From contig CAVXEP010000012.1 in NCBI GenBank assembly GCA_963760795.1, forward strand, positions 160,001 through 224,000: DNA of 64,000 nucleotides, read 5' to 3'. Below, in pieces: positions 19,612 through 30,826 of this stretch. The position numbers and the translations under genes are program-made. The notes beneath the pieces are model-generated. The model made no database searches. It was not told where the DNA came from and saw only the letters and a program-made list of their open reading frames with translations. The stretch is from an uncultured delta proteobacterium (lineage in GTDB: Bacteria > Desulfobacterota > Binatia > UBA9968). Positions within the stretch are counted from its first letter, which is position 1; the number at the start of each line of letters is the position of its first letter.

Positions 19612-20628
19612 TTACCGTCGTGGTCGCGACCACGTGAGTCCCGGCAGCGTCCGTCTGCCGACAACCGCGCGCCGATTGCAGAAAAGCACAATCGAGACCC
19701 GCAATTTATAAATAAACAATCTTATCCTCTCTGCCGCTCGGAACCGGCGCCGTTGTGATGGGAGAAGGGCGCGGGTAAGCCCCCTGGCTTTTTGCCGTCT
19801 CGTTTCCTCGACAATGACGTCGACGAGGTCGGCGCTTTTTTGTCCGAACAAGCCGGATCCACCATAAGCTTTAAGAAAGAATAACTTCTCCGTACGGGTC
19901 AGAAGACGCCCTAGCGTCCGGTCAAGCTGAGCCAGATTCTTGATCCGGCGCCGGCTGCTAACATAGAAACATTTTTTTAACCCTTGCAAATCGATGACGC
20001 TAAAAAGGCCTTCAACCGGCTCTTGCCCATCGCGAATCAAAATATTCGAAGCATTGAAGTCGTTGTGGTAAATTCGCCTTTGATGCAGCGAACTGAGCAA
20101 ATGCGCCAGCCCCCGCAGAAAAGCCCGTCTTTTGCGGTAACCCTCTGCGCCGCGAAGTAAATTCAGATCCTCACGCCAGAAAGCGTCAACGGTTTTTGCC
20201 CCCGCCACTTCCTCGGAAAAGTACAAGCTTTTAATCAGTATACCCCAGTTTCGGTACTCCACAGCCGCGACAGGTTCGGCTGTGGAGTATCCCTCCTGCA
20301 GGAGAATAACCGCGCCTTTCAGCGAACGCAGCGCCGCTGAGGAAAGAAAGAGAGAGCCGAGGCGATGGCCGGTCGACAGAGCGTTATGCTGTTTGATGTA
20401 AACGGTTTTGGTCCGTCCGCTGATTCGCATCGGTATGAAACCAACTTTGATCTTCCTTTCGCTTTTAATAAGTCGGCATTGTGGCTGGACAAATGGATCC
20501 GGCTGGCTCATCAGCGCTTCGTCAAGAGCGCTGGCACCGAGGGAATAGAATTTCACTGCCGGCACCTCGCGGTGATGGCGAGACAGATTCAAAATTACCT
20601 TTTGTTGGACAGTTGCTGCATAACTCAT
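19612..20628 (-). CDS. LPS kinase InaA/Kdo/WaaP family protein
   Basis: VYIK, YHNDFNASNIL catalytic loop, IDL, KNLAQL. Confidence 0.82.
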   Translation of the reverse strand: MSYAATVQQKVILNLSRHHREVPAVKFYSLGASALDEALMSQPDPFVQPQCRLIKSERKIKVGFIPMRISGRTKTVYIKQHNALSTGHRLGSLFLSSAALRSLKGAVILLQEGYSTAEPVAAVEYRNWGILIKSLYFSEEVAGAKTVDAFWREDLNLLRGAEGYRKRRAFLRGLAHLLSSLHQRRIYHNDFNASNILIRDGQEPVEGLFSVIDLQGLKKCFYVSSRRRIKNLAQLDRTLGRLLTRTEKLFFLKAYGGSGLFGQKSADLVDVIVEETRRQKARGLTRALLPSQRRRFRAAERIRLFIYKLRVSIVLFCNRRAVVGRRTLPGLTWSRPRR

Positions 20629-20919
20629 GGCTCGTCGTGTCCGTCCTTCCGTTGTCTAAATTGTCGCTTCCTTGGTTCATGCATCATCGAATTCTCGCGG
20701 CCTCCTTACAGGACTTGTCGGGATCGAATTTGCTCATTGAACTGCCGGTGTCTTCGCGCCGAGGTCCTTTTCATAGACGACACCGGTTCGTGGTTTTTTG
20801 CAGTACCGAGACATTTGTAACTCCTTATCTATCTAAGTACTCTGATCTTGTCGACACCGCGATTAAATCGCCTCGGCCGCTTTCGAGGTAGTCGAGCAGC
20901 GCCTGCCGGTTCGGCGGGA

Positions 20920-21813
20920 TCACGACTTCGAGCCGAACGCCGATGCTCTTGGCAAGAAAGTGGTGCTGGTATTTCGGGTCAACATGCGCAGAACTTTACG
21001 CTTCTTGATCTCGTCAAGATCGGCGAAGTAAGTCTCCTCACCGTCCTGGGTCAACGCATGCTCGACTAGGAAAGCGTCGATGGCGGCCTTAAGATCGGGA
21101 TTGTTGCGGCGCAGGCCCCAAGCGATCGGCTGTTTCTCGACCAACTTGAATGCGCTGCGGATGTTGGGAGCAAAAGCGCTTGCCGCCGCATACAAATCGT
21201 AGTCCGCTACCGTGATCTTTTCCTCGCCCCTCCCGACCTTCTGCAAGAGATCGAAAGTTTGCATGGTTGGCGGCGCGACCTTGAGGCGAATACCCTTGAC
21301 CTTGGCATTGTCCAAAGCCTCCGCGTACGAACTTCCTTCCCGCACCGTCACCTCCCGGCCCGCCAAGTCCGCCAATCCTTGAATCGAGGTATCGGACGCG
21401 TGCACGACGACGAGTTGATCGACGAAACGGATCGGCCGGCTGAAAGCGATCCGCTTGCTGCGCGCCGCGGTGATCGCGAGAGAACCGACGATGACATCGC
21501 CATGCCCGTCATTGAGCTGATCGATAAGATCGTCCTGTTCAGCCACCGAGATAAAGACCGCTGTGACGCCCAGCCGGTTTGCCAACTTTTGCGCCAGAGC
21601 GCGCTCGGCGGCGCGCGGATCGCCGGAGCGCGGCAAATGTTCGGCTTCGCCGTGAATGAGAAAACGGATGGAATTCTTGCTTCGCATCTCCTGATAATCG
21701 CCCTTGAGCAGGTAACTTGGCGCGTCGGCGGCGAAGGCCGCGGTTGCCGAGAAAAAAGCGGCGATGATCGCCCACGATCCATATCTCAGGCCCGCTCGAA
21801 TTAGGTTCAACAT
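20920..21813 (-). pseudogene. MltF-like protein, N-terminal solute-binding portion only
   Basis: Signal peptide and SBP_bac_3 domain; ends just after the second domain begins (DLDEIKKRKVLRMLTRN). Confidence 0.8.
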
Positions 21814-22093
21814 AGCTCCTCCATTCCCGCACTTCGGCCCCGCAGCAACAGCGCGCCAAATGCAAAGTTTCCTCGGTGCTTAGGCGCGTCCTGAGCCATG
21901 AGAAGTGAGTCTCCAGGTTTGGTTTGACGGCGAATCGGTCGCGCGCCTCTATCAGCCATCGCATCGATGCCTTCGCTATGCCCGCGTCTGCCTTACTTTT
22001 GGCAAGCTCGCCACGCGTGGCGCGCAAGCGTTGTTTACAGGGGGTCCGCGCGGCAAATCGCATCAAAACTACGCAAGTAGCGTGGCCTTCTCT

Positions 22094-22132
22094 ATCAGAG
22101 TATCCCTGAATTTCAGCTTCGAAATCCCTTAG
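22094..22132. promoter_or_regulatory. Bipartite operator motif, copy 1
   Basis: ATCAGAG-tat-CCCTGAA-N9-CGAAATCCCTTAG. Confidence 0.6.
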
Positions 22133-22173
22133 GACAGCCCGGGCCGAGCGGGCTCATCGAGAGCGGCTACCGT

Positions 22174-22365
22174 TCACGCCTCATCGAGGACTCCTTCGCG
22201 TAGCTCCGTGCCGTAGACGTGGTTGGGGTCTATCTGCGCGGCATTGTGAAAATGCGCCAGGGCGGTTTGATTATCGCCCTTGAACAGCGCCTGTCTTCCT
22301 TGCGCGACATCGCCGCCGCTTTGGATATTCGCGCAGACCGAGAGGAAAACAACAACAACCAACAA
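22174..22365 (-). pseudogene. TPR lipoprotein N-terminal fragment
   Basis: Hydrophobic signal ending LSVC; TPR-like ALAHFHNAAQIDPNH; short. Confidence 0.55.
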
Positions 22366-22791
22366 CCGCCGGTAATGATCCGGCTTTCGGCGTGTTTTCA
22401 GTCTTGGTCACAGGAGACGCGAAGTCGAAGATTGCTTGCCGGATGGTAACGTCAATCCACCAGGGTAGCGGATCGGTGCGGGCAGTATGACATGATTCGT
22501 TCTCTCTTTCGTCACGGCTGCGCAGCCGCCGCCGCCAAAATGGCGCGGGCGGCCGGTGCGTCGCTCGTGTCTGCCGGCGCGGAATCAGGCGCCCGCCGGG
22601 CTTTTTTTACCGTTGCGTCGACGTCAGGCAGCTGCCGATCTTTTGCAGGCCGGCGTCGCCGCAACGCGCAGGCGAGTGCTACACGTTCTACTTGGCCACC
22701 TCTACGTTGATCGCCAGAGCCTCAGTGTGTCTGACGACCACTTCATCGCCCTTTTTGACTTCGCTGAATCTCTTGACGTCCTTGTCGACCT

Positions 22792-23253
22792 TCAACGTGG
22801 CGGTTTTTGTTGCGGTCCGCGCAGCGTTACCGGGCGATTTTTATAATCGATTTCCTCAACCCTTGCTCTCATCTCCATGGTGTCGACGGCGAGGGCGCCG
22901 GGTTTTTGTCCGGGCGCCGCCAATTGGACCGCAGATGCTTCCTCGGCGAAAGGCGGCTCATCGGGTTTGCGCACGAAGATAGCGGTGGACTCGTAATATT
23001 TCGTCGTCACGCGATCGCCGGTCTTGATCTGCTTGAAGTTCTTGACGTCCGGTCCGACCTTGAGCATGACCACGTTGCCTCTGGGTCCTTTGAGCGCCAC
23101 CGTGCGCTTGTCGTAATCGATCGCCTCGACCGTGGCCGTGAACGATGTCGCCTCGACTGTGACCACGCCAGGCTTTCCTGCGGGCTTTTTTTCTTGCGCC
23201 AGAACCTGTGTTGCGAGTACTCCAATCAAAAGTGATACGATGAATGACCTCAT
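22792..23253 (-). CDS. Secreted hypothetical protein with repeated beta-module, probably truncated
   Basis: GGAGG RBS, signal peptide; internal repeat ATVEAIDYDKRTVALKGP / ARVEEIDYKNRPVTLRGP. Confidence 0.75.
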   Translation of the reverse strand: MRSFIVSLLIGVLATQVLAQEKKPAGKPGVVTVEATSFTATVEAIDYDKRTVALKGPRGNVVMLKVGPDVKNFKQIKTGDRVTTKYYESTAIFVRKPDEPPFAEEASAVQLAAPGQKPGALAVDTMEMRARVEEIDYKNRPVTLRGPQQKPPR

Positions 23254-23324
23254 GATTACCTCCTTCAAAAAATATCTTGCCGTGCACGCGCACGGCTAGC
23301 GGCGTTGACATCGATATTTCTCAT

Positions 23325-23363
23325 ATCGGGCCAACCCTGATGACGTTGTTCGAAATCCCTTGG
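23325..23363. promoter_or_regulatory. Bipartite operator motif, copy 2
   Basis: ATCGGGC-caa-CCCTGAT-N9-CGAAATCCCTTGG. Confidence 0.65.
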
Positions 23364-23534
23364 GGACGAGAGAGATTGAAGCTTCGAACGATATGGTCGC
23401 GAAACACTGCGACATCCAATCGATCCTTAACCCGAGAACAAGCCGCCGCGGGCACAGAGATTGTGGAATACCGAGTTAATCAAATCTCAAATTCTCAGGT
23501 TGCGGATTCCTACGCTCACCATGCGGAATGAATA

Positions 23535-23864
23535 CTACCGACCCATGTGGCGCTCATAAGCTGTGTCGAAGCGTCGCGACAGAGTCGGATCGCGTTCGAG
23601 CTGGCCCTTGAAGCTGCTTTCCACCCGCGTCGTCCCATCGGCCTGGTTGCGCACCGTGATGGTCGCGTCGATGCCGTCCTTCGACCCGCGGATCAGGCCG
23701 CCGGGCCGATCGACGGACGTGACATTGATGCCGCTGTCCTGCGCCGCGCGCAGCGCAGCATCCCACGCTCGGTCATAGTTGCTGTAGACCGGCGCCGGCT
23801 CGTAGACGACGCAGCCGTGCAACAGCAAAAAAAACAGCGCCAGACAACGACCGATAGCAATCAA
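23535..23864 (-). CDS. Small lipoprotein, hypothetical
   Basis: Lipobox-like LLHGC; start uncertain (TTG chosen). Confidence 0.65.
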   Translation of the reverse strand: MIAIGRCLALFFLLLHGCVVYEPAPVYSNYDRAWDAALRAAQDSGINVTSVDRPGGLIRGSKDGIDATITVRNQADGTTRVESSFKGQLERDPTLSRRFDTAYERHMGR

Positions 23865-23917
23865 TCTTTTTAATCTGCCTCGAAGCCTAAACGCGATCGA
23901 ATCTAGGAACGCTGCCG

Positions 23918-24944
23918 TTAATTCTCCGTTGCCGTGCGCGTGTGCTTGCTGGTTGCGGGCGGTATCCGCAGGATACAGCGAAAACCCAGATGGCAAGTAG
24001 AAGTATCGATGGGTTGCGCCATGCGCGCCGCCGGGCGGTAACGACGGCAATAGTTCGGCGCGCACAGATACGAGCCGCCCTTCATCACCTTGCGCGGAAT
24101 TTTAATGTCCGGCGTGGCCGGATCGAAGCTCTGGTCGCGCTCTGCGCCGCGCGAATCGATGCTGCCGCAGCATGAATGCGAGATCTTGCGGTGTTCTTGA
24201 TACCAGTCCGTCGTCCACTCCCAGACATTGCCGGCCATTTCGTATAGGCCATAACCGTTGGGTAGAAAACTTCCCACCGGCGCGCGTACCCTCAAAACCG
24301 TCCTCCTTAAGATTCTGCCAGGGAAAGTCACCTTGCCAAGTATTCGCCATCGGTTTGCCGCCGGGGGTGAATTCATCGCCCCAGACAAATTCCGCTCCGT
24401 CCAATCCGCCGCGCGCGGCAAATTCCCATTGTGCTTCGGTGGGCAATTCTTTACCGGCCCAATTGGCATAGGCTTCGGCGTCTTCGTATGCGATGTGGAC
24501 CACGGGATGCTTCGCTCTGCCTTGCAAAGAACTTGCCGGCCCCTCGGGATGGCGCCAGTTGGCGCCCGGAATATACGCCCACCATTGATAACAATCGCGC
24601 AGATTCACTTTCTGGCGCGGTTTCTGAAACACCACGGAAGCCGGCACCAGCAATTCCGGTTTTGCGCCGGGGTAATCCTCAGCCCTGGGCGGTTTCTCGG
24701 CCAAGGTCACGTACTTTGTCGATTCCACGAAGTCGCGGAACTCTTCGTTAGTGACCGTGTATCGATCCATCCAAAATCCATCGACAGAAACAAAATGCGC
24801 CGGCGCTTCTTCCGGATAATGCCTGTCCGATCCCATGAAATAATTGCCGCCGGGAATCCAAACCATTTTCTCGAGGGCCGATTTGCCGGTTGATTGCGAC
24901 TCAACCTGTGGCATGAAAGAAGTCAGATCGGCCGCGTAGAGCAT
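23918..24944 (-). pseudogene. Formylglycine-generating enzyme (SUMF1/FGE), +1 frameshift near 24285
   Basis: MGSDRHYPEEAP and LPTEAQWEFAARGG in one frame; NGYGLYEMAGNVWEW, CAPNYCRRYR and HLGFRC in another. Confidence 0.92.
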
Positions 24945-25078
24945 AAATTCTCCCTTTCGTTTTAACTGGAACCGCGTGCGTTGTTAAAAAACATCGAGTG
25001 TCGCCGGCTCGCTCTCTGATCCTTGTCGCGAGTCGTCTCGTCTTGCCCAAAAACTAATAGAATTGCGCAGGCGCGACT

Positions 25079-25116
25079 ATCGGGACTTCCCTGATTCTTG
25101 TTTCCAAATCCCTTAG
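25079..25116. promoter_or_regulatory. Bipartite operator motif, copy 3
   Basis: ATCGGGA-ctt-CCCTGAT-N8-CCAAATCCCTTAG. Confidence 0.65.
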
Positions 25117-25383
25117 GAAGGCGGGAGCTTAACGGCCGCGAAGCTTATTCAACCGTTGCGATGCTTGGTTAGTCCTGAAAGAAAAAATTTCCCAGCAAGG
25201 ATGCCAATTGCTGGAATGTGCGCAGGATGGCGAACGCCGATGGCCCGACCCGCTTCGACGACCAAAGCAGCGGCCCCAGTCGACCGGTTCACCTCGATGA
25301 TCTCTTGATTTGTCAGCTTGCGGGTCAGCAACCCGGAGTTTTCAAGCGTCTGTCGCAGCCTCTTTGCCATTGGCTCAGCTTCT

Positions 25384-25949
25384 TCAGCCGGGCCGCTTAA
25401 CCGCCTCACGCGCCTTTTTTTGCGTTTCTTCGACTTCGAGCATCACCTTGTAGGCCGTGTAGTACTTGAAGAGGCTGCGCACATGGGGGTCGTCTCGATA
25501 CCGACTTTCGTCCGCCGTGATTATCTCGACGTTGTTGAACCACTTATCCGGGTCGAGGTCGCGTTTGACCGCTTCCTTGCGCAGGCTTGCGATTCGCCCC
25601 GGGCCCGCGTTGTAGGCGGCAAATGCAAACAGCGACCGATTCGCCTCGTTGAACTTCGCTTCGGGACATATCGGGTCATCAACTGGTCCATGTATTTGGC
25701 CGGCAAGGATGTTCGCCTCGGTCACTTTGACGTCGCCGACTTTCATCTCCGCGCCCGTCGCCGGCATCAGTTGCATGACGCCGATGGCGCCGACGTGGCT
25801 TTTCGCGTCCTGGTTGAGCTGCGACTCCTGATAACCCTGGGCCGCGAGCATCAATGGGTCGAAGCCGTATTTTTCGCCATACTTTCGAAAAAATTCCAGC
25901 GTCGCAATGAAGCGCTTCGCTTCCGCCGAACCGGCGGAGTTGGTGATCT
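25384..25949 (-). pseudogene. MltF-type lytic transglycosylase SLT-domain fragment
   Basis: AAQGYQESQL, GAIGVMQLMP, AAYNAGPG; frameshifts; 5' part replaced by the repeat element. Confidence 0.88.
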
Positions 25950-26096
25950 AACGGTACGGTCGCAAAGTCGTATTTCATCCACAGCTCGAAGTTCTCGGTT
26001 AACTGCCGAGCTAGCCGGACGCACCATAGTCCAAAGAGTGCTCAGAGGCAGAGGCCCATTGGCTTCACTGCGGAGGGCTTGCCCCTCGCCTTACGG
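25950..26096 (+). repeat. 147-bp partial copy of the structured element at 30827-31007
   Basis: Direct repeat of 30861-31007 with six substitutions by manual alignment. Confidence 0.92.
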
Positions 26097-26411
26097 TTAC
26101 TATCCACTGCGTTATTCGGGTTACTTACCCTTTGGCAGTCGCGATCACCGACACTTTTCTCTGCGCCGGCGATGCTAAACGACGCATGGGATGGATAGGA
26201 TCGCGCTGACGACGAAGCACAAATTTGACTTGCCGTGAAGAATGTCGGACTGCGCCGGCAGGGCGCTGCCGGGCGTCCCAGATGAAATGGCGGGGATAAA
26301 TCCTCGACACAACGCCCAACGCTAGGTCGCCTGGAAAGATTCCCAACCTTTCATCCGTCCATAGCCGATGTCTTCGTGAGTTCGCCGTCGATGGAACGTG
26401 CTGACTCGGAA

Positions 26412-27519
26412 TCAGCAAAGCTTATTTGATCTTACTGGGTATGTCCTTGCGCCACTTTGCTTTCGAATACCCAGCTTAAGCATGCGCGAGCGCGCGGTGC
26501 TGGGATGAAGGCCGAGGATCAAGGCAGCGCCTTTGGGACCCTCAATGCGCCATTCTGTTTGCTCAAGGACTCGGGTAATGTGCATCCTCTCGAGCTCGTC
26601 CAGTCGAGTGGCTTGAAAACTCTTGTCAACTTTGGGCAACCTATTTTCCCATGACGGTGTCAAAACGGGCAGCGGTTCCGTTGGCGCCGGACGCATCTTC
26701 CACTCCTCTGGAAGCTGCAACACCCGACCGGTCGATATCACTGCCGCCCGGGAAATTATATTCTGGAGCTCTCTGACGTTGCCCGGCCAGTCGTAGCGCT
26801 GTAACTCCGCGAGCGTTTGCGGGCATATACTATCGAACCGCTTATCCAGCTTCGCGCCCACCTCGCGCAGAAATCCATTCGCCAAAGCCTCTATATCTTC
26901 TTTCCGCTTCCTGAGCGGCGGCACACTCACCGGATAGACGTTTAACCTATAGTACAGGTCCGAGCGAAAAGTACCCTTCTCCATCAATTCCAAGAGATTT
27001 CGGTTGGTAGCCGCAATTAAGCGCGCGTTCACCTTGATCGTTTTGCCGCTCCCCACTCGCTCAAACTCACCCTCCTGCAATACCCGCAGCAGCTTCGCTT
27101 GCAGAGTCAAAGGCAGATCGCCGATCTCGTCCAAAAAAATCGTTCCGCCATGCGCCAACTCAAATCGCCCTATCTGCCGCGCCACCGCTCCCGTGAACGC
27201 GCCCCGCTCATGGCCGAACAACTCGCTCTCGATCAGCGACTCGGGCAACGCAGCGCAGTTCACTTTCACCAGCGGCCGGTCACGACGCGCGCTGCGCGCG
27301 TGAATCGCGCATGCCACCAGCTCTTTGCCGGTGCCGGTCTCGCCAAGGATGAGCACGGTCGTGTCAATCGGCGCCACCTGCTCGACGCAGAACCACACGC
27401 GTTTGAGCACATCGCTGTCTCCGACGATGACGTTTTTTTCCGTTTCGGCTGCGCCGATCCCGGCGCGGCGCGGCGGCGCTACACGGAGCAGCGTTGAGAA
27501 TCCCTTCTCGTTCCATCAT
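26412..27519 (-). CDS. Sigma54-dependent activator (FhlA/NtrC-like AAA+ plus HTH) without a sensory domain; leader apparently frameshifted
   Basis: [31 protein letters not shown]; AGGAGG-ATG at 27516/27519 is out of frame with the AAA+ ORF 26412-27410. Confidence 0.85.
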
Positions 27520-27862
27520 CAACCTCCTGTTGAACTACCGAGGTGTCTTTTCGTGGCTGATGTCTCCTTCACCTTGGCGCTCTACCTGTCGATCGCTTGA
27601 ATCGATGCTGGCACCGACGGTTGGCGCGCGATGATGTCTCCCCCTAGGACGGCATGTATCGCCGGGACAAGATCATCGCCCGTCGGCAGCGTCGATACCT
27701 CGATGCGCCGGTGGCTTTTTGCTTGCATGCAACATGCTGAGCTTTGTGCCGGATTGTAGATAAATCGCCTGATGGCACAAGTCGGAAATGTACCGGGATG
27801 AGGGTCCGAAAATATACTGAAGGAGAGGCTCAGTAAAAACGCTGGCTACCGGGTAAACAGGA

Positions 27863-27921
27863 TGGAGTGTTGGAGTCGTGGACTACGGCAGCAGCGCATC
27901 ACTCCAGTACCCGTCACTCCA
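27863..27921. repeat. TGGAGT / ACTCCA iterated inverted repeat
   Basis: TGGAGTGTTGGAGT ... ACTCCAGTACCCGTCACTCCA. Confidence 0.55.
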
Positions 27922-27967
27922 GGTCCACTAGCCGGTCCGTCGGAGCGAGTTGTTTTCTTCGACGGTT

Positions 27968-28008
27968 TTGAACGTATCGAACGGCTTGAACGATTTGAAC
28001 TGTTTCGA
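27968..28008. repeat. 9-bp tandem repeat (TYGAACNNN, about 4 units)
   Basis: TTGAACGTA TCGAACGGC TTGAACGAT TTGAACTGT. Confidence 0.7.
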
Positions 28009-28010
28009 GA

Positions 28011-28646
28011 CTAGGGGGCAACCAGACCGATCTGAATGGCGTAGCGGACAAGCTCCGCCGTGCTTTCGACTTTGAGCACGCGCATCATCTCATATTTGTG
28101 GGTCTCGACGGTGCGCGTGGAAAGCTCCAGGATCGTGGCAATCTCTTTCATCCTCCGGCCCTCCGCGATGAGCCGCAAAACTTCGCGTTGGCGCACCGTC
28201 AGCTTCACGGCGGGCTGAGGGGTGGATTCTGTCAAGATCGCGATGACATCCTTGGTGATCAACGGAGTCAGATAGGTCCGTCCCTGTAGAACCTCCTGAA
28301 TAGCGCCGATGAGTTCCTCGCCGGCAGACTGTTTCAAAACGTACCCGCAGGCGCCCGCGCGGAAGGCTTCGGTGGCCAGTTGGGCATCGGCATGCATCGT
28401 CAGGAAAATAACTTTGGCTTTGCTTTGCGCTGCTTTGAGCCGGCGCAGCGCCTCCAGCCCGCTCAATACCGGCATGGAAATATCGGCGACGATCACGTCG
28501 GGGCCGAGCTTCCGGGCCGCTTCGATCAGCTCGCTGCCGTCGCCCACCGCACCCACAAGGTCGAAATGATCTTTCAGCATGGTCGCCAATCCCTCGGTGA
28601 CGATGGCGTGATCGTCGGCGAGTAGCACTCGGGCGCGACGCTTCAT
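28011..28646 (-). CDS. NarL/LuxR family response regulator
   Basis: LADDH, VADISMP, LKQS, LTVRQREVL ... TVETHK. Confidence 0.95.
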   Translation of the reverse strand: MKRRARVLLADDHAIVTEGLATMLKDHFDLVGAVGDGSELIEAARKLGPDVIVADISMPVLSGLEALRRLKAAQSKAKVIFLTMHADAQLATEAFRAGACGYVLKQSAGEELIGAIQEVLQGRTYLTPLITKDVIAILTESTPQPAVKLTVRQREVLRLIAEGRRMKEIATILELSTRTVETHKYEMMRVLKVESTAELVRYAIQIGLVAP

Positions 28647-30484
28647 CGGTTTCCTCCCAACGGAACCTTTACTCGCATTTCTGTTCCACGATTAAGCCCT
28701 GTATTGATCGCCAAACTTCCGCCGATCAACCGCACCCGCTCATCCAGGCTGATAAGCCCTAAACCTCCCAGCCGCCGCGCTTCGCCGAGATCGAATCCCT
28801 GCCCATCATCGATGATGACCAGTTCCAGGCCTTCGTCGTTGGATTTTAGACTGATCTGCGCCTTGTGCGCGGCCGCATGCGCCGTGATGTTGCGTAAGGC
28901 CTCCTGAGCGACGCGGAACAGACAGAGCGCAACATCATTAGGAATGCCGTCCAGATCGGCGTTCGCAGAAAGGGTTACGTCGATCTCGTGTTGCTTACCA
29001 AACTCCGCGCAATGACCTTTTAGTGCAGCGATCAGGCCGGCGTGTTGCAGGACTCCGGGATGCAATTCATGCGATAGGCTGCGGATCACATCGGCCAGGT
29101 CAGTGGTGCGCTGCTGCAGCCGGGTTATATCCTCTCGAACGGTCCCGGTGCCGCTGTTTTGCAACTGCCGCTTGACGTTGCTGAGTGCGATGGACAAACC
29201 CGCAAGCTGCTGGTTGACATCGTCGTGGAGCTCGCTCGCGATGCGTGAACGTTCGGCCTCCTGTGCTGTAATCAGCCTTCCAGCCAGATCTTGAGTCCGG
29301 TCGTAGCTCTCCTTAAGGTCAGCCTCGGCGCGGCGGCGCCGAGCCCGATGGAGCAGCAAATTACCGATCATCGCCGCTTGGATGGCGATGATCGAGAGCG
29401 CTACGATGATGTACAAAATATATTTCTCCCACATCGTCGGCTGTCGAAAGACGATCACGCTGCCGGGGGGCAGGCGATCCTCGCTGATGTTCCAGCGCTG
29501 TAACTCCCGCCAGTCGTACCGCGGGCCTACCGTGCCAATGACCTTCGGTGGGAAATTCGAAATCGGCTCGCCGCGCAGGACGCGAATGGCGATGCTCGCC
29601 GATTCCACGCCCTGGAGCTCACCCTGGTGCAGGCGGCCACCGACGATGCCCAGGCCCAGCTGGTTCTTGTAGAGGCCATTGATGGGCGCATTGGCGACGG
29701 CACGCAGACGTTGGAGCGCGTCGTCCTCGTTGTGAGTCACACCCGACGCATCCCGAAGGAGCAGCCCGAGCAGGATGAAGGAACGCGGGGGCAACTTGGC
29801 CAGCCGCTCCAGCATCTGATCGAATGACAGGTCATTGAGGAAGTTGAAGCTCACCCGGTTCGTGAATCGCTCGAACGCGCGGCGAAACTCGATCGCCCAG
29901 TATCGTTCGAGCAGCGTAGCACCGAGGATAACCTCGATGTTGGTCGTGTCTGGCGCGATCTGGAGGATGTCCTCGACCAGGCCGGCCACATCGAAGTCTT
30001 CCCCGACGAAGGTGGCATTCTTCGTAATCGCATCGGGCGGCACCGTCCGCCGGTCCATCCCCGTGTAAATAACCGGCGTCCCCGGAAACAGACGATCCCG
30101 AAACTTCACCACGAAGCGGCCGGCGGGGGACCCGATCGGCACCACCAGGTCCGGCTGCCATTTCGCTAGGCGCTTGAGCAGGAACTCGACGAACGGTTCT
30201 TCCATGTCCGGCTGGCTGTAGCGCGCATTGTCCAGCGAGATCTCGTCGAGATCGACGCTGTTGCCCATCTCCTGGGTGAGCGTGGTCTCGAACGCAGTCG
30301 AGTGGGTCGTGAACGGCGGCGCGCTGCTCCCGAAGGAATGCACCATGAGCACGCGTTTGGCCCGCCCGGCATCGGCGCCGTGGACGGCGCTTGTTACACT
30401 AAGGCAAACAATCACGCAAAGCATATAAAGTACTCGACGCGCCAAGCGTTGGAAGGCGCGCCGCAAGATTCGGCTTGGCCACAT
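28643..30484 (-). CDS. Sensor histidine kinase (HisKA_3) with periplasmic ABC-substrate-binding-like domain
   Basis: QEAERSRIASELHDDVNQ, QEALRN, DDGQGF, GLGL; coupled to the regulator; start approximate. Confidence 0.93.
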   Translation of the reverse strand: MWPSRILRRAFQRLARRVLYMLCVIVCLSVTSAVHGADAGRAKRVLMVHSFGSSAPPFTTHSTAFETTLTQEMGNSVDLDEISLDNARYSQPDMEEPFVEFLLKRLAKWQPDLVVPIGSPAGRFVVKFRDRLFPGTPVIYTGMDRRTVPPDAITKNATFVGEDFDVAGLVEDILQIAPDTTNIEVILGATLLERYWAIEFRRAFERFTNRVSFNFLNDLSFDQMLERLAKLPPRSFILLGLLLRDASGVTHNEDDALQRLRAVANAPINGLYKNQLGLGIVGGRLHQGELQGVESASIAIRVLRGEPISNFPPKVIGTVGPRYDWRELQRWNISEDRLPPGSVIVFRQPTMWEKYILYIIVALSIIAIQAAMIGNLLLHRARRRRAEADLKESYDRTQDLAGRLITAQEAERSRIASELHDDVNQQLAGLSIALSNVKRQLQNSGTGTVREDITRLQQRTTDLADVIRSLSHELHPGVLQHAGLIAALKGHCAEFGKQHEIDVTLSANADLDGIPNDVALCLFRVAQEALRNITAHAAAHKAQISLKSNDEGLELVIIDDGQGFDLGEARRLGGLGLISLDERVRLIGGSLAINTGLNRGTEMRVKVPLGGNR

Positions 30485-30826
30485 TGGATTCATCGCGGGC
30501 GGGGAGATTTTACGACTGCGCGCCGCGCGAACACACACAGCACGAGCACTTCTCGGGAAATCGGCTGACCCACCCGTCGACTAAAGCCGCGTATCGCTTC
30601 ACTATGATTGCTTCGTGCGTCTTTCGACATCAGACTTATGCCCGGCTAACGCAGCTTTTTCCTTCGCCGCAAACTTCGGCTCGTGGCCTGCCTCGAGGCT
30701 GGCCCGGTGCGATCTGGCATTGGCAAACTGTAACGATTGTCGAGCTTAACGATGACGCGAACGATCCGCAAGTCGACAACGATCCTGCGATCATCGTGAC
30801 CGATGAGTTGATGCTATAGGCCGCCT

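Noticed and set aside
25950-26096. Group II intron 5' end (GTGCG on the minus strand) or retron msr-msd
   Set aside because: Wobble pairs favour the plus strand; there is no domain V and no reverse transcriptase in the window.
27863-28008. CRISPR array
   Set aside because: Units are 6-9 bp with no unique spacers and there are no cas genes.
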